A stretch of DNA of 64,000 nucleotides from Octopus sinensis (taxonomy: Eukaryota): the NCBI RefSeq assembly GCF_006345805.1, contig NC_043006.1, positions 61,690,001 through 61,754,000 of the forward strand. Direction: 5' to 3'. The translations under genes and the position numbers were made by a program. The notes below the pieces were generated by a model. That model did no database searches. It was given only the letters and a program-made list of their open reading frames with translations, and was not told the origin of the DNA. This document shows, in pieces, positions 1-13,289 of this stretch. How positions within the stretch are numbered: position 1 is the first letter of the stretch; each line of letters starts with the position of its first letter.

Positions 1-285
1 GCCTTAGATAGTCCTACTTAAATTATATTCTAAGTGAGGAATCATGAAACATCTGGATACGTAACAGTTGAGTTTGCGTATTTGACACTTAAATTTAGAA
101 TAGCCATTTTAGATATTAAGGGAGCAGACTATTTGATACGCTTTGTAGGAGAAAAATACCTGCACCTCACTGATTCCTCATACTAAGGAAAATACGATAC
201 CATACAGAAAAATGGACAATTTTAAAGGAATGACAAGAAAGAGGAATCGAATACCGTTTCAGTTTGTTCAATCAGACCAAATTAT

Positions 286-437
<152 letters not shown>

Positions 438-439
438 AA

Positions 440-1700
440 ACTTAGGTAAACTTAGATATGTTTCGACCAAAGATTGGTCCAGGCCATGTGTAACTTAATA
501 GCACCACCTGATAGGAGTATTCGAATCCTGTTTAAGTCAAGTTTTGTTTATGGTCCATTCGAGTAGTGAGTTTTTGTTGGGTGAGTTCTATCCAATTATG
601 GGTGGCTTATCTGGTATTCTTTGAAGGAAACTATCCAGACTCCGTTTAAAGTTGATAGGATCCTTTTCCTCTTTGATCTCTTTCGGGACAATGTTAAATA
701 GAGCAGGGCCTGTTGAGGAAAAGAAATTATGTTGCAGTGTACATGTATGCTGTGATCTTGAATTGGGCAGGGGACGTATGGCCCGTGGTCCCAATCTTGG
801 ATGAACCTTGAAGCTAATGTTCAGGTCGTTTTGGCAAAGTTGGCGGTATATCGTACAAATGATGTACCGCTCTCGGCGACGCTGGAGAGAGCAGAGTTTA
901 AAGGCTTTAAGGCGATCTCAATAATCGAGAGCAGCCATGCCTTCAATTCGTTGCATTTTGTTTCTGTCTGCCCATTGACTCACAGCATATAGATCAGACT
1001 GGAGTTGAGTTCGGTCTGCTTCTTCATTGACGATTTGCTGGAGCTTAGTGTTATCAGCAAATATTTTCACTTTGCAGTAATGTATGACACTGGAAAGGTC
1101 GTTTATATAAATTATGAAGAGTAGCGGACCCAAACAGTTCCCTGGGGAACACCGCTGGTGACTTTTGCTGGGCTTGAGTGGACTCCATCAACTACAACAT
1201 GTGTTCTATTCGCCAGGAAATACTTAATCCAGTATAGAACTTTTCCACGGATTCCAATATTTGCCAATTTTGAGATTAGGATATTATGATCTACCCTGTC
1301 GAACGCTTTACTGAAGTCAAGATATATGACGTCAGAGTTCGAACCTGTTCCCAAGGCTTTGAGTACATCTTCAATGTGGTGTAAGAGCAGTCCCTGCCAC
1401 AGCGAAAGCCATGCTGATTTGCATTTAGGTGTTTGTGGGTCTCCAGGAAGTCAGCTATCCTTGATCTTAACACTCTTTCAAACACTTTAATGATGTGGGA
1501 GTGAGTGAGATTGGGCGATAGTTGACTGCGAGGGATCTATTTCCCTGTTTGAAAACCGGGATGACCGACTGGGATAGAAACTGTTTCGGTATATAACCTG
1601 TGTCTAACGAATTTCTCCAGAGGTTGGTCAGAGGGACTGCAAGTTGGTGTCTACATTCCTCGAGGAGACTAGCGGGGAATCTATCAGGGTCTACAGCAGA
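440..1700 (-). mobile_element. L2/CR1-group LINE fragment (RT domain plus 3' end), internally deleted and frameshifted
   Basis: Minus-strand motifs QHGFRCGRDC, VIYLDFSKAFDRVDH, SGVPQGTV/GPLLFIIYINDL, KIFADNTKL, LQRRRERY, FKRSLDSFLQRIPD; sequence jumps from ADRNKMQ to RIEGMAAL. Confidence 0.93.
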
Positions 1701-2581
1701 GTAGTATTTATAATAGTAAATTATTATACCTTTTTGAATAATAGAAGTTTAGTATTAATAATAATAGAGCTGAAGAAAGTAACTTAAAATTCTAATCATT
1801 TTTGCCACTGTTCACAAAAAGATCTCAAAAATTTTGAAGTTTAGCGCAACTAAAGAAGTTTGCGAATACTTGACTGGGTTAACTTTTGTGCACTTCTGTC
1901 TACGTGGTTTCTAATAAAAATTATTCTATGGAAAATACTTAATATTTTTCTGAAGAATGCGTATGCTTTATTGTTAATTCCTTTCCGCTAATTGCATGTT
2001 ATTAAATCGCAGGAACGAATTAGTAGTAAAATGCGCACATTTGTTCAGAAAAATGATTAGATATTTTTAATCAGAAATCATGTGGATAGTTGTGCTCATA
2101 CGCCAAGAGACACTAGAGCACATATCTAGCAGAAACACGTCTCAAATTAGAATGTAATGAGAATAAGACAATTATAAAACAATTTGAAGATGTATATTTC
2201 TCCATTCTTCTCTATGCTGTATATGTACACACACTCACGTGTGTGTGTTTGAATGTATTTGTGTGCATCTATGTGCGCGCGCATATGTATGTGTACTATA
2301 AAGCTTTCATTGAAAGAGAGAAATCTGGGCAAAATCATCAACACGGCTTTGAAATGATTGCGAAAGTGTAATTTTGACTGATATTAAGTATTTGTATTGC
2401 CTGATCACACGCTCGCAATACGTTTCCTCTTCCGAGGAAGGCAATACATTTCCTCTTTTTGAGCAAATACTGCTTTCAATGTCTGGTGCCTCATATCCAG
2501 GGATTGAACATTCGTTATGAGTTTTAAACATTTATATATCTTCCCTTTTGCCTTCGTGGTGTTGATGCATATATATGCAGG

Positions 2582-2632
<51 letters not shown>

Positions 2633-3291
2633 CGTGTGTGTGTTTGTGTTTGCGTGACTGTATGTAATCGACTAACCCCATGTTGCATGCGTTGATACCT
2701 ATACACATACACACTCTTGTACGCACAAATACATGTATATATAAATGTGCGTATTAAGGTAGCATCTACAGGAACGTTAATTTCAGCCATATACATAGTG
2801 CTATTACAGCTTTCTCTTTACATTCTAATTTGAATTTCAACCGGTATGGACTTTGCCTATTAATCTTCATATTCTTTGGAGATCTATAAAACAAAAAAAC
2901 AGTTAAGTACTAGGGTAGATGATATCGATAACATCCACAATTTTGCTGGCATTGTACGTAAATTAGAAGATACATAAATATATTTATATATACATGTATG
3001 AATGTATTTATGTATAGAATAGAGTGAATAACTTAGCATATAACTCGAATACAATTTCATTTGTTAATATACTATTACTTGCTATCATAAAAACCAAATT
3101 GAAATAACTTCATCAGCAATAATGCGGTACTAGAAAAGAATCAAACATCGAAAATCGGACCAGCTGTGAAGTAACAGCGCCTAAGTTGCTTAGATTATGT
3201 TATTTGAAGAGATGAGAAATTTCCTCTTGCAATTCTCTTCGGACAAATAGCTACCAATAAAAACCTACCGTGATATATCTATCTTCCCTTA

Positions 3292-3502
3292 GGGCGACGA
3301 GCGGGCAGAATCATTAATACACCGGACAAAATGCTTAGCGATATTTAGTCTGTCTTTAATATTTGAGTTCAAATTCCACCGAATTCGATTTGACTTTCAT
3401 CGTCTCAAAGTCGATAAAATAAGTACCAGCTCAGCGTTGGGGTCGATGCAGTCGAATTACTCCACCCTCGTAATTTAGAGCCTTGGGTCAGAATTTGAAG
3501 TC
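3292..3502 (+). mobile_element. tRNA-derived SINE, family A (Octopus-type), diverged
   Basis: Shares gagttcaaattcc..gtcgataaaataagtaccag..tggggtcgat with copies at 15.6k, 22.4k, 23.2k, 27.5k and 27.9k. Confidence 0.85.
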
Positions 3503-3924
3503 GATATATTGACTGCCAATCTAATGAGTTAATTAGGTCGATCCTGAAAATCACTGGAATCTATTAGAATTATCGCCTTTAACTAAAGCAAAAATCGAGC
3601 AACTTGTCATCACTGTATCACCGCTTGTCTCATTGAAATCAAATATCTGGTAAATATTTGAGAAAACGTAAGCGAATCCAAGATGTAACAATAAACACAC
3701 CCTCTTCTTCCTCTAGAAAACATGATTCTCGCCACTATACCTTGTCAGTAATGAATGGCATAAACTTTAAATTCATCTTCTGGACTCGAGACATAAGCAA
3801 GAGTGTCGATATATGCATATACATCATAAGGAATATCACCAATATTTTGCAGGTACACCATTGTCTTCTGCCTGTTACAAGGCTTTCAATTAGATGAATT
3901 TAACGCAATATTTCCAAGGCCTAC

Positions 3925-4080
3925 TTGCGTTTCGGATTGACTTGTTCATTTCACATATATTTATAATTTTATCTAGTGTAGTATTGATCAAATTGATATT
4001 CCAGCGCGATGCAAATTTGGGTAGAGATCCCTTTTCTCTATCACAGCTATGAAGATTATCATGGGTTAATAATGTATGAT
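3925..4080 (-). CDS. Candidate internal exon (156 nt, phase 1-1) of an unidentified gene: (D)HTLLTHDNLHSCDREKGSLPKFASRWNINLINTTLDKIINICEMNKSIRNA
   Basis: Acceptor gaattttatag|, donor GCAA|gtaggc, only the phase-1 frame is open; phase matches the microexon at 9688-9705. Donor position uncertain. Confidence 0.4.
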
Positions 4081-4115
4081 CTATAAAATTCAATTGAAGT
4101 TCATGCTGAAATGTA

Positions 4116-4152
<37 letters not shown>

Positions 4153-4153
4153 G

Positions 4154-4215
<62 letters not shown>

Positions 4216-4225
4216 AATCTATCTA
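4116..4225. repeat. (TATC)n microsatellite
   Basis: Directly visible. Confidence 0.97.
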
Positions 4226-4999
4226 GGTATAACCTTAATTATAAATGTTAATGTAAAATATAACTGAATTATTGACTCAATCTGTTTATGATAAATTTGA
4301 AATGCATAAATTTCATTACAATGTGGTAGTTACGCCAACGTTATAAGAATAAAGAAATTATTAATATTGTAGCTTGAAATTAAAGAGGAAATTATTCTTG
4401 AATATTTGAATTGTAAAATGTACGTGAAACGGTTATGGTAATGAGAAAATCTCACTTTACCAAACAATTTGTTGACACAATGATAATGATATATAATAAT
4501 AAAATACTAAGTAGAATGAAGTTATGGTTTATTGCAATAGAAAAAATTATTTCCAACATTACAGTAATGTATTTAAATTCATTTCTATTCCCATTCGCAA
4601 TTTTTGGTTGCCTTTATTTAACATGACAGTTGCATTAAATTCAAATAAGCGCATATGCCCCTTTCATGTGAGTTCACTTAAATGCTAGTGTATGTATTCG
4701 ATTTTGTGAATATACTTTAACATTAAAAAGAATTGGAAAGTTCTTGCATTTATAAGGAGAAGGTCACATCTGATTACATTTTTATCGAAAATTGCCAGTG
4801 TATATAATGTATTTGTGTATATTCAAGTATATACATACACTTGTTGTTTTACTTGTAGAAAAATCGTGGTAATTTTATTTATGCATATTTAGTTGGACCG
4901 GTATCAACAAACATTTATATGTATAACTATATATAACACAACCAAAAAATATTTTTAGTAACCATATCCATAAACATATAATGCGATTAATTTTAATTT

Positions 5000-5520
5000 T
5001 TAAAATCTAGCAGATGTAAACCAGACCCTTTTCGTTTTCCCCTTATTTACTATCTCCCTTACACTAGTCAACTTTCTCTAAAAGTATTCTCTAATATTTT
5101 CGATATATTTTTCCTATATACCATTCCATAGATATTTCATAGTTTTAGCAGCGAACATTGTAAGTAAAATACCCCCCCAATCTTCATATATCTCTTTATT
5201 ATCCTTATAAATTTTTATACTTTTTTTTATATTGTCATATGAACCGCTTATTAGTATCTAATTTTTACTGCTTTAACCATTTTCTGTAAATTATCTCCTT
5301 CTATATTACTGACATACTATTTACATACCATTCTATAATAAAGTTTATATATCACTAATCATTTACAAGGGCTCTTAATCATATCTACTAATTTATAAAA
5401 AAAAGCTGAAATGATTATTAACGGTCATATATAAATTTCAGTCTACTGTATTTAAAACTTTCGTCCTCCTTATTGGATTTTCAAAGCCACTTGCTTCTTA
5501 CTTCCTATATGGAATGTAAT
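5000..5520 (-). mobile_element. Possible highly decayed Penelope-like fragment
   Basis: Minus-strand GKRKRVWFTS resembles the R(K/R)xIxWFNPP motif of the PLE fragments at 30.8k and 59.3k; otherwise unreadable. Confidence 0.25.
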
Positions 5521-5572
5521 ACTAGTTGATTTACTCTGATGTATAGGGAGACATTTATCTATATTTCTATGT

Positions 5573-5604
<32 letters not shown>

Positions 5605-6073
5605 ATATATATCATCACCTAACCGTGTTTTAAAGAGACATGACTCCTAGAACAATTACACATTAAAAATTAGTAAGTACACAATGCCCATGTAATTCAT
5701 AAGTCCACCTTTTTCGTTATTAAGTTCTTATTTTTCCTCATTGTCAAAGAGTGCTGGAGAGCGCTCTTTGGCAACTCAGATTCTTAAAATATATTTCTTG
5801 TTTTTCTGTACGAACGGATCGTCTTGGGGACTGAATAAATATTTTATCCCATATTGACATCTAATCTCCATTAATGAAAAATATGACTGAATTTGTCGAA
5901 CTTCGTTTTATAACTTAAATCATATACTTTCATAACTTTTCTTACCGATACCATTTTACACCAGTAAATCGAAATAAAGGATGATGAATTAACGTTAGAT
6001 TGCTTTTGAAAACTACTTCAATTAAACGACGGATTCCCCGTCAACTCTTTTTAATATATATATATATATATTC

Positions 6074-6770
6074 ATGAACCGCATGAAAACAAAGTTCATA
6101 CGGTCAGACAACGTACCAACAGGTCGAATGGTGATCGGCAGTGATGAAATAGAGGAGGTAAGGGAATATGTCTACCTGGGATAGGAAGTAAATATCTGCC
6201 GAGATATCGGAAATGAGATCTCACGGAGAGTAAGGACCGGATGGAAGGCGTTTAATGGCATAAGGGATGTGCTCAAGGGAAGGTTGAACAGGACCACCCG
6301 CGCCAACCTCATTAACAGTGAAGTCCTGCCTGCAATGTTATATGGTAGTGAAACATGGGTTACCACAAAGAGAGAAGAGCAAAGACTGGTAACGGCTCAA
6401 AGAGCCATGGAAAGGTCAATGCTTGGTATCTCGTTGAGAGAGCACATCAGTAGCGAGATCGTCAGAAAGAAGTCCGGCGTGAGAGATGTCATCGCAGAGT
6501 ATACACGCAGCAAGTATAGATGGGCTGGACACGTCGGCCGGCTCACCGATAGTCGGTAGACCTACGCAGTTGTCGAGTGGTACCCGCGCGAGCGGAAAAG
6601 ACCACCCGGAAGACCTCCACGACGGTGGAGTTACGATTTCAGGAGGACGATTGGGATCACGTGGATGAGAAAGGCGCGATCCAGAGAGGAGTGGACAGCG
6701 GTGTCAAATGGACGCCTGAAGGACTGGTCGGTCAAGGTCATCACCGTGATATATATATATACATATATAT
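6074..6770 (+). mobile_element. 5'-truncated RTE-clade LINE with (TA)n tail
   Basis: Reads MNRMKTKF..EEVREYVYLG..GWKAF..VLPAMLYGSETW..QRAMERSMLG..KYRWAGHVGR..KRPPGRPPRRW; flanked by (TA)n on both sides. Confidence 0.95.
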
Positions 6771-6779
6771 GCATCATGT

Positions 6780-6985
6780 TGATTCGTTAGTTACTGCACG
6801 CATTTTTTTTCTCTCCTTCTTTCTGTGTTTTTTTTCTCTCTGTGTATCTTTCTGTTGAAGAGCGTAGGCTCGAAACGTTAAAGACTTGTTTTATTTATAT
6901 TTCCTGAGCGCCATACTAATACAATTGTTTGTTTATTTTCCACCTGCCTTCGTCTTTTGTCTATTTTCATAAAGCTTCCCGTTAT
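6780..6985 (+). mobile_element. Penelope-type terminal (pLTR-like) repeat with a degenerate hammerhead-like motif
   Basis: ttgaagagcgtaggctcgaaacgttaaagac (GAGC/GCTC hairpin, GAAAC, palindromic AACGTT), followed by (TA)n. Confidence 0.55.
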
Positions 6986-8944
6986 ATATATATATATATA
7001 CATCCGTATATATATGCTAACATATATATGTCTGCGTGTGTGTCTATGTGTGTATGTATATATGCATGTGTATTTGAATTTGTATATATGTTAAATAAAT
7101 AAATGGATAAATAAATCAATGAATGAACAATAAAAGTAATATTAATCTTTTTTAAAACTTGAAAAGTTAATAGCTGCATAAACTTATGGTAAATATTTGA
7201 AGTTATAGATAATGACGTTAACAAAAGTTTGCTTCGTTTTACCCCAACTTTATAATGTGACGAAATTATTTAACGTACTTGTGTTTGAAGGCCAATTTTT
7301 TAATTAATACTGAATGGTTTGTAAGTTTTTATTTAAAGTGAATATTTTGTAGCTTTAAATTTAGTATACTGTTGAAGATATCTATAATATTTCAGCCGAT
7401 TGATAACTAAATATAGTATTAAGCACCGTAATATGTTTGTCTTAAGTAAACATAATCATTATATTCGTAGTTAAATTTACGATATAAATTATTAATAATG
7501 GTATCATTTATATATAAGATGATCATAAGTGTATAAATTAAAATTAATAATAATAGTATATAAATAATTTTATAAAAGGCCATATCGTAATTAAAAGCAT
7601 TTCTATTTCTTATGGAAATATAAAAGTATTGGCTTACTCTAATTTATTTTCTTCTGTAAAATTGAGCTCAATTTTGATTATTTATTTATGGTATTATCAT
7701 TTTCGTGTACACAACTTTATACAGTTTGATGTATGACACTCCAAGCATTTGTTTCACGTCTGTGTATTCAGAAGAAACATTTGAATTGATGAATCATTGG
7801 GTAAAACTTTCTTTAATGAATTTCGTGTTTGAATAAAATATATTCTTATTTATTTCTTCATAATAGTATATAGAAATTAAAAACATATTTCTTATTCCAC
7901 GATAAATTCTTAAAATATATAGATTTTATATAAATAACATTTGCAGTGAAAATTATAGATTAAAATATGTTTAGATTATTGAACCTCGGGAGGAGCATTA
8001 TACCGGAAATCATAGTCACTCACATTGGTTCGGTCCTTTATTGTTGTAGTTAGTTAATGGGTTAGGCACACCGCTAACAAGTTTATCGATCAGCCGTTTT
8101 TTAGTAGTTTTTAGAACTCGTGTGTTAAATACTTTGACTAAACTATTAATCGTTCAAATGTTCAATATTTTTCATGTTGTCATATCGCTTTTTGCTCAAA
8201 TAATTATTTCATCACATTGTTGCAATCTCATCAGTGACACGTTACTCTACTTCCACTAAAGTTCCAGCATTGGGATTCGTCCGTGATGTGTCCGGGATGA
8301 GCATGTGTGTGTATGTTTGCATGTGTGTGTGTTTATACGCAAGTGTCTGTGTGTTTTTTAAATACTATGTCAGTATCATACATAAGATAGCGGTTTTGGT
8401 TTTCTATTGGTTCATCCAATAAACTGATATATATCTGTGCATGGGGGGGGTAAGTGTGTATGAGCGTGTGTGTCTGTGTTTGCATATACATCTATGTACA
8501 TACATGCATGCAACCATTTATACATACGTACTTGTGTATATACATGTATAATGCAAAGAAACTATATTTGGTTATTTGATCATATGATGAATTCTATCAG
8601 CATTTGATGAAATGTTGCTCACAACTAATTTGTTACATTGTCCTAAACATCCAATTATCCATTTTATCACTCGAGAAAATGCAGTGACAATAACGAAATT
8701 ATTGTACGTTAAAATTCTTTTCAGAATATTTAAATTAATTCTTAATCAGTTCGTTGTCAACAACATGGGTCGAATTCAAAATAGTGCAATCGAAATAATA
8801 ATTCTGTTTTGTTCCTCGGAACGAATTGTAAATGAAATATACATTCAATATACTCATTACAGCCAAGCGTATGTTAACTTAAATGTTGCATTTCCGCGTA
8901 TATATATAGACATATACGTTGCACATTAAAATGAAATTTAAAAA

Positions 8945-9230
8945 GGAGTGGCTCTGTGGTAAGACGCTTGCTTGCCAACCACATGGTTCCCGATTCAGTG
9001 TCACCGCAAGGCAACTTAGGCAAGTGTCTTCTTCCATAGCTTCCGGTCGACCACACTTTATAAGTGGATTTTGTAAACGGAAACTGAGAAAAATTTCTGT
9101 CATATATGTACATATATATATATATATATTCATGTTTGTGTTTGTGTATCTGTGTTTGTTCCCCTACCATCGCTTGAAAACCGATGTTGGTGTGATTACA
9201 TCCCCGTGACTGAAAACAGTAAAAGAGTAA
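8945..9230 (+). mobile_element. tRNA-derived SINE, family B, internally deleted
   Basis: gtggctctgtggtaag..accacatggttccc..ggcaagtgtcttc..ggaaactga..(TA)n..catcgcttgaaaaccgatg; matches the near-complete copy at 39278-39596. Confidence 0.9.
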
Positions 9231-9687
9231 AATATTGTTATATTATATTCAATATTTCGTGTTATATATCGGGAGGAAGATTTCGATGTCATCAAACCTC
9301 TCTTTGTAACTTTCGTTACAGTTTGGAATTATAACATAATGCTCATATTGCTAGCTAGAGAGACATTCCAGAGATCTGCTCGAATGAAAGCAAATGAATA
9401 TTTTTAAACATTACTCCTCAAAACATCTAATGAATACTATGTTTCATACAGTAGTTGTTGCCTATCTTCCGTTTCAACGATCACTTTCCGTTCGAGAAAT
9501 GATGGAGCCTGTCCACCGATGTTTTATCCAGAGGATCCAGCAGCCATATCTTCCTTAAATACCTCTAAACTGAGTTGTAGTGGGCAAGACCTATCATAGC
9601 TTCAGACAAAGACAAGGTAATTAACTGCGGTGCTTTTATCATTAGTCTTGTGTATCAATGTTTCTGTAGAATGAAGCCCATACTCAC

Positions 9688-9705
9688 CTTCATTAACCAT
9701 TATTG
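9688..9705 (-). CDS. Candidate 18-nt microexon (phase 1-1): xIMVNE
   Basis: tttactatcttttttacag|CAATAATGGTTAATGAAG|gtgagtat: near-consensus acceptor and donor, frame-preserving. Confidence 0.6.
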
Positions 9706-11929
9706 CTGTAAAAAAGATAGTAAATCCAAATATTAGCTATAACATGTCTGAGGTAAAACATTAATTTAGTACTGAGTTTAGATGTTTATAACAGTGGTAT
9801 ATCGTTTTAGCATAAAGTGCCTGATTATAAATTTTTCAGCAACAAAACTACATAAGTGAAATAGAATTATATGAAGTTTTAAAACATTAATGTATTTCTA
9901 CTCCGATCTTAAATTTTTCTCTCTCCCAAAGGCATAATCTAATATTTACTACAAAATGTTTTATTACTTTCGGTATTATGCGTAAAATAATGGAATTTAC
10001 TGCTTCAACTTCTATTAGTTTAAGGAAAAACATTTTATTTGTTGCCTTTATATATCGGTCGAGACGTCATATATATTTACTTGATTAAGTAGGAATAAAT
10101 ATTAATATCAGTTTACGAGTATACAAACATTTTGAAACTATTTACTTTTGGAGTCAGACTTAATTTTCTTTGACATGGAGTCGGTCGTCAGGGAAGTACT
10201 GACGCTTTAACCACGATAAATTAATATCAATATTTATTTACTTTACACACATGCATAATACATAGAGGCGATTCAAAGTTAAACTGACCAAAATTGTTTC
10301 ATAATAGAATATAATCTTTGAAACTCTTGCCAAGTTCCGACCAACACCCAAAAGTCCAATATTTATAACAGTCGACATGGAAGGCAAAATGCTGCAAACA
10401 TAAAATTTTCTTAGATCATTAACAATAAGAAATATTTATTATTTCTTACCATTTTAGTATGGGTTTAATTCATTTAAACGTCAATGGTTTAGCATATATT
10501 CTATGCTGTGATAATATAGTAATATTACCTCCTATCCTGAAGTGTAACAATCAAATTTGAATTTCATTGTTTGCACATTAGCTATCATAAACCAGCTAAC
10601 TGGTATTTGCTTTGCGAATTTAATTTTTTCAAAAGTTGTATCTTATAAGTATACTAAAGGTTAAATATCATTGTAACTTGTCTATTTTGGAGTGAAACGT
10701 GACTGGGAAGATAGTCTTTGAAATTTTGATATCATTTAAAATATGTTTAGAATACCTATGAGAAGGAAAATGGATAAACTTTTAAATTTGACTTACATAT
10801 AATACAGGATGTGTCCTCTCTAAAGAACCTAAGTTATTGTTGATTTGCTGTTGTAAATACGAAAATCTACATGAAGTTATTCTAATGTGGAATGCACAAC
10901 ATGAAATATTCCTGAAAGCAAACATTTTCGCAAACATTCCTCAGGTCTTCAATTGCAAGTGGTTAAGAAAATCCGGCCTAGTTTTCATAGCCCAGGTTAA
11001 GAAAGTGGTTGTAAATATGAAGAAAGAGGATGAATACCTGTCATTTTGCTGAAAAAGCTTTTCCTATAATTTGAAGAGAACATTAATCTTCTCAACACAA
11101 ATATTTGAATCAGGGATACTTCGATTCAAAGAAAATAATATTCTATAGTGTATATCTATATTAACATAGTATAATTCAAAACAGAAGGAATTCTTCCTAA
11201 CGTCAGCCAATATAGGGGAATTTCACAGTGAAATAGCTGTTGTCCCTGTCTCCTAGACACGAGTTTAAAAGATAAGCTGCAATATACTGGCGACGTTTCA
11301 TAGACAAAACACTTAGACGCATAAATATTTTGTTTTATTGTGAGAGAGAAAACCGGCATTATTCTCTAACATTTATCGATGAGTATAGACATATAGCTCA
11401 AATATATAATGCTAAAATATATGTAATGACGTCATTCGTATCGACGAGACAGTACAGAAATTATTGCTTGGATAGAAAAAGTACATTGGCGAAATCTAAT
11501 CATCTGTTTGAAGGGTAAAGCAACATAGATGTTTTCAGTGAAAAGAGACAAAAGCTTACATAGAAAGTGTGTCTTAAAATACGGGAAATATCAATAACAA
11601 AATACTGGCTAACAGAAATAATATCATTCGCCCATCACTACTGAATTATTGACAGAATTTGTTACGGAATTGACACAACCCCTTATTTACTCGAAATACA
11701 TTTGTATATTATTCTTTTAATCTGTATTGAAAAATTGATAACAAACTAATTAATAATCGTAAGATTTGTACACTCATGAAAGTGCGCATATCTGTGTGTG
11801 TACGCACGTGTACTCGTGTGCATGTATGCGCCCGTGCATGTGTGTATATGCATGTAAATATATGGTCACACAGCATCTAAAGAGGCTGGTGATCGTTTGC
11901 ATCGATAAGATATTTTATAGCGAAAATCG

Positions 11930-13060
11930 ATGTAAAGAGTACAGCGAACTCGCCGTCAAGTTTGGGAGACCTGATCTTTTGGACACTCCTCCTTAAGTGA
12001 ATGCTAAATAACATAAACCCTAACATTCAATTCACAATGGAATATAACAAATTGCACCTCTCTTTCGTGAATACTATGACAAATAAATTCAATAACCAAA
12101 TTGTAACTGGCTTCTATCATAAAGCAACGGACTCGAAGCAATATCTCCTGTTTTTCACAATAGCGTCTGATAGAAATACACGCGATATCCGTCTTCAAGA
12201 TCTCAGAACAATACTAACTGAATTATGTGTGCTAAGAAATTAGACATTAAAACACATAACAGGACACCTAATCGCAAAACACTACAGTATATATCAATTC
12301 ACAACTCTAGCAACAATGAGACATACAACACTATTGTACAAATTCTACCTATGCTCACTAGAGATCTAAAAATGAACAACATTCTGAAAACATAAATTCT
12401 TCAAATGCAAAAAGCAACACAAATCGCAGAAAAAGACTTCCAACAAACGCAAAGCCTTACACAACAACGGTTAAAAAACGTGGACAACAAAACTGAAATA
12501 TTTCCTAACCTACTGGAAGACTCGGAATTCCTATTCAAACAAGGAGAAAGGGGCGTAATTAAATCCAATTTCTCGTATGCTTCCGAGAATCTGATTTTTG
12601 TTATAACTTGCTCAGGTTGTGGATATAACTATATGGGACAGAAAAGTATAACAATGAGACGGAGAACCACACGTCATAAGGATCAGGTCCGATTCCGCAA
12701 CACAGATAGATTTTTTGATTGAAAACATAGAGGAATGTGCAGGTAATATCCAGCCAAACTTCACAATTTTCCGCATCTACCAGTGAAAAGAAACATTTTT
12801 TTATACAAGAACGTTTAAATAAAGAAAATTTGTTCATGGAAAAATACAGAAAACGTCTAAATATGAACGTATATCCAACCTTGATCTCAGTATGTATTTT
12901 AATGCACGATCTCACATAACCACCGCTGTACATATTTCTTCTCACTACTTTAGCTTTTGGGCCTTTGTGCATATTCATCCCCTCCTCGAAAGATGAACAA
13001 TTATCATCCCTGTCTCCAATATTAACGATCACCAGTTACCTCTCCTTACATTTTTCTACT
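11930..13060 (+). mobile_element. Penelope-like element remnant (RT C-terminus plus GIY-YIG endonuclease)
   Basis: LNNINPNIQFTMEY..LSFVN..FYHKATDSKQYL and SENLIFVITCSGCGYNYMGQ..RRRTTRH; multiple frameshifts. Confidence 0.9.
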
Positions 13061-13239
13061 TGTTGAATCATTCATTTATAAACTCCTCACATGGACTAAA
13101 ATATTCATAATAAGATATGAAATTACAATACTTTCAATGTTATGATTAGTGAAATGGAAACCGGTCGCCAAACACAATATAAAATATATTAAAAATATAT
13201 TAAAACTATGTCAATTGTGTTCAGCGTCCTTCTTTTATG

Positions 13240-13274
<35 letters not shown>

Positions 13275-13289
13275 ATATTATTTATATAT

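Noticed and set aside
2307-2531. Protein-like ORF MFKTHNECSIPGYEAPDIESSICSKRG..
   Set aside because: In-frame stop immediately before the ATG, no good acceptor, opposite strand also open, no recognisable family
10797-10819. 21-23-nt minus-strand exon candidate with a GTAAGT donor
   Set aside because: Ambiguous AGAG acceptors; the in-frame option needs the weaker AG
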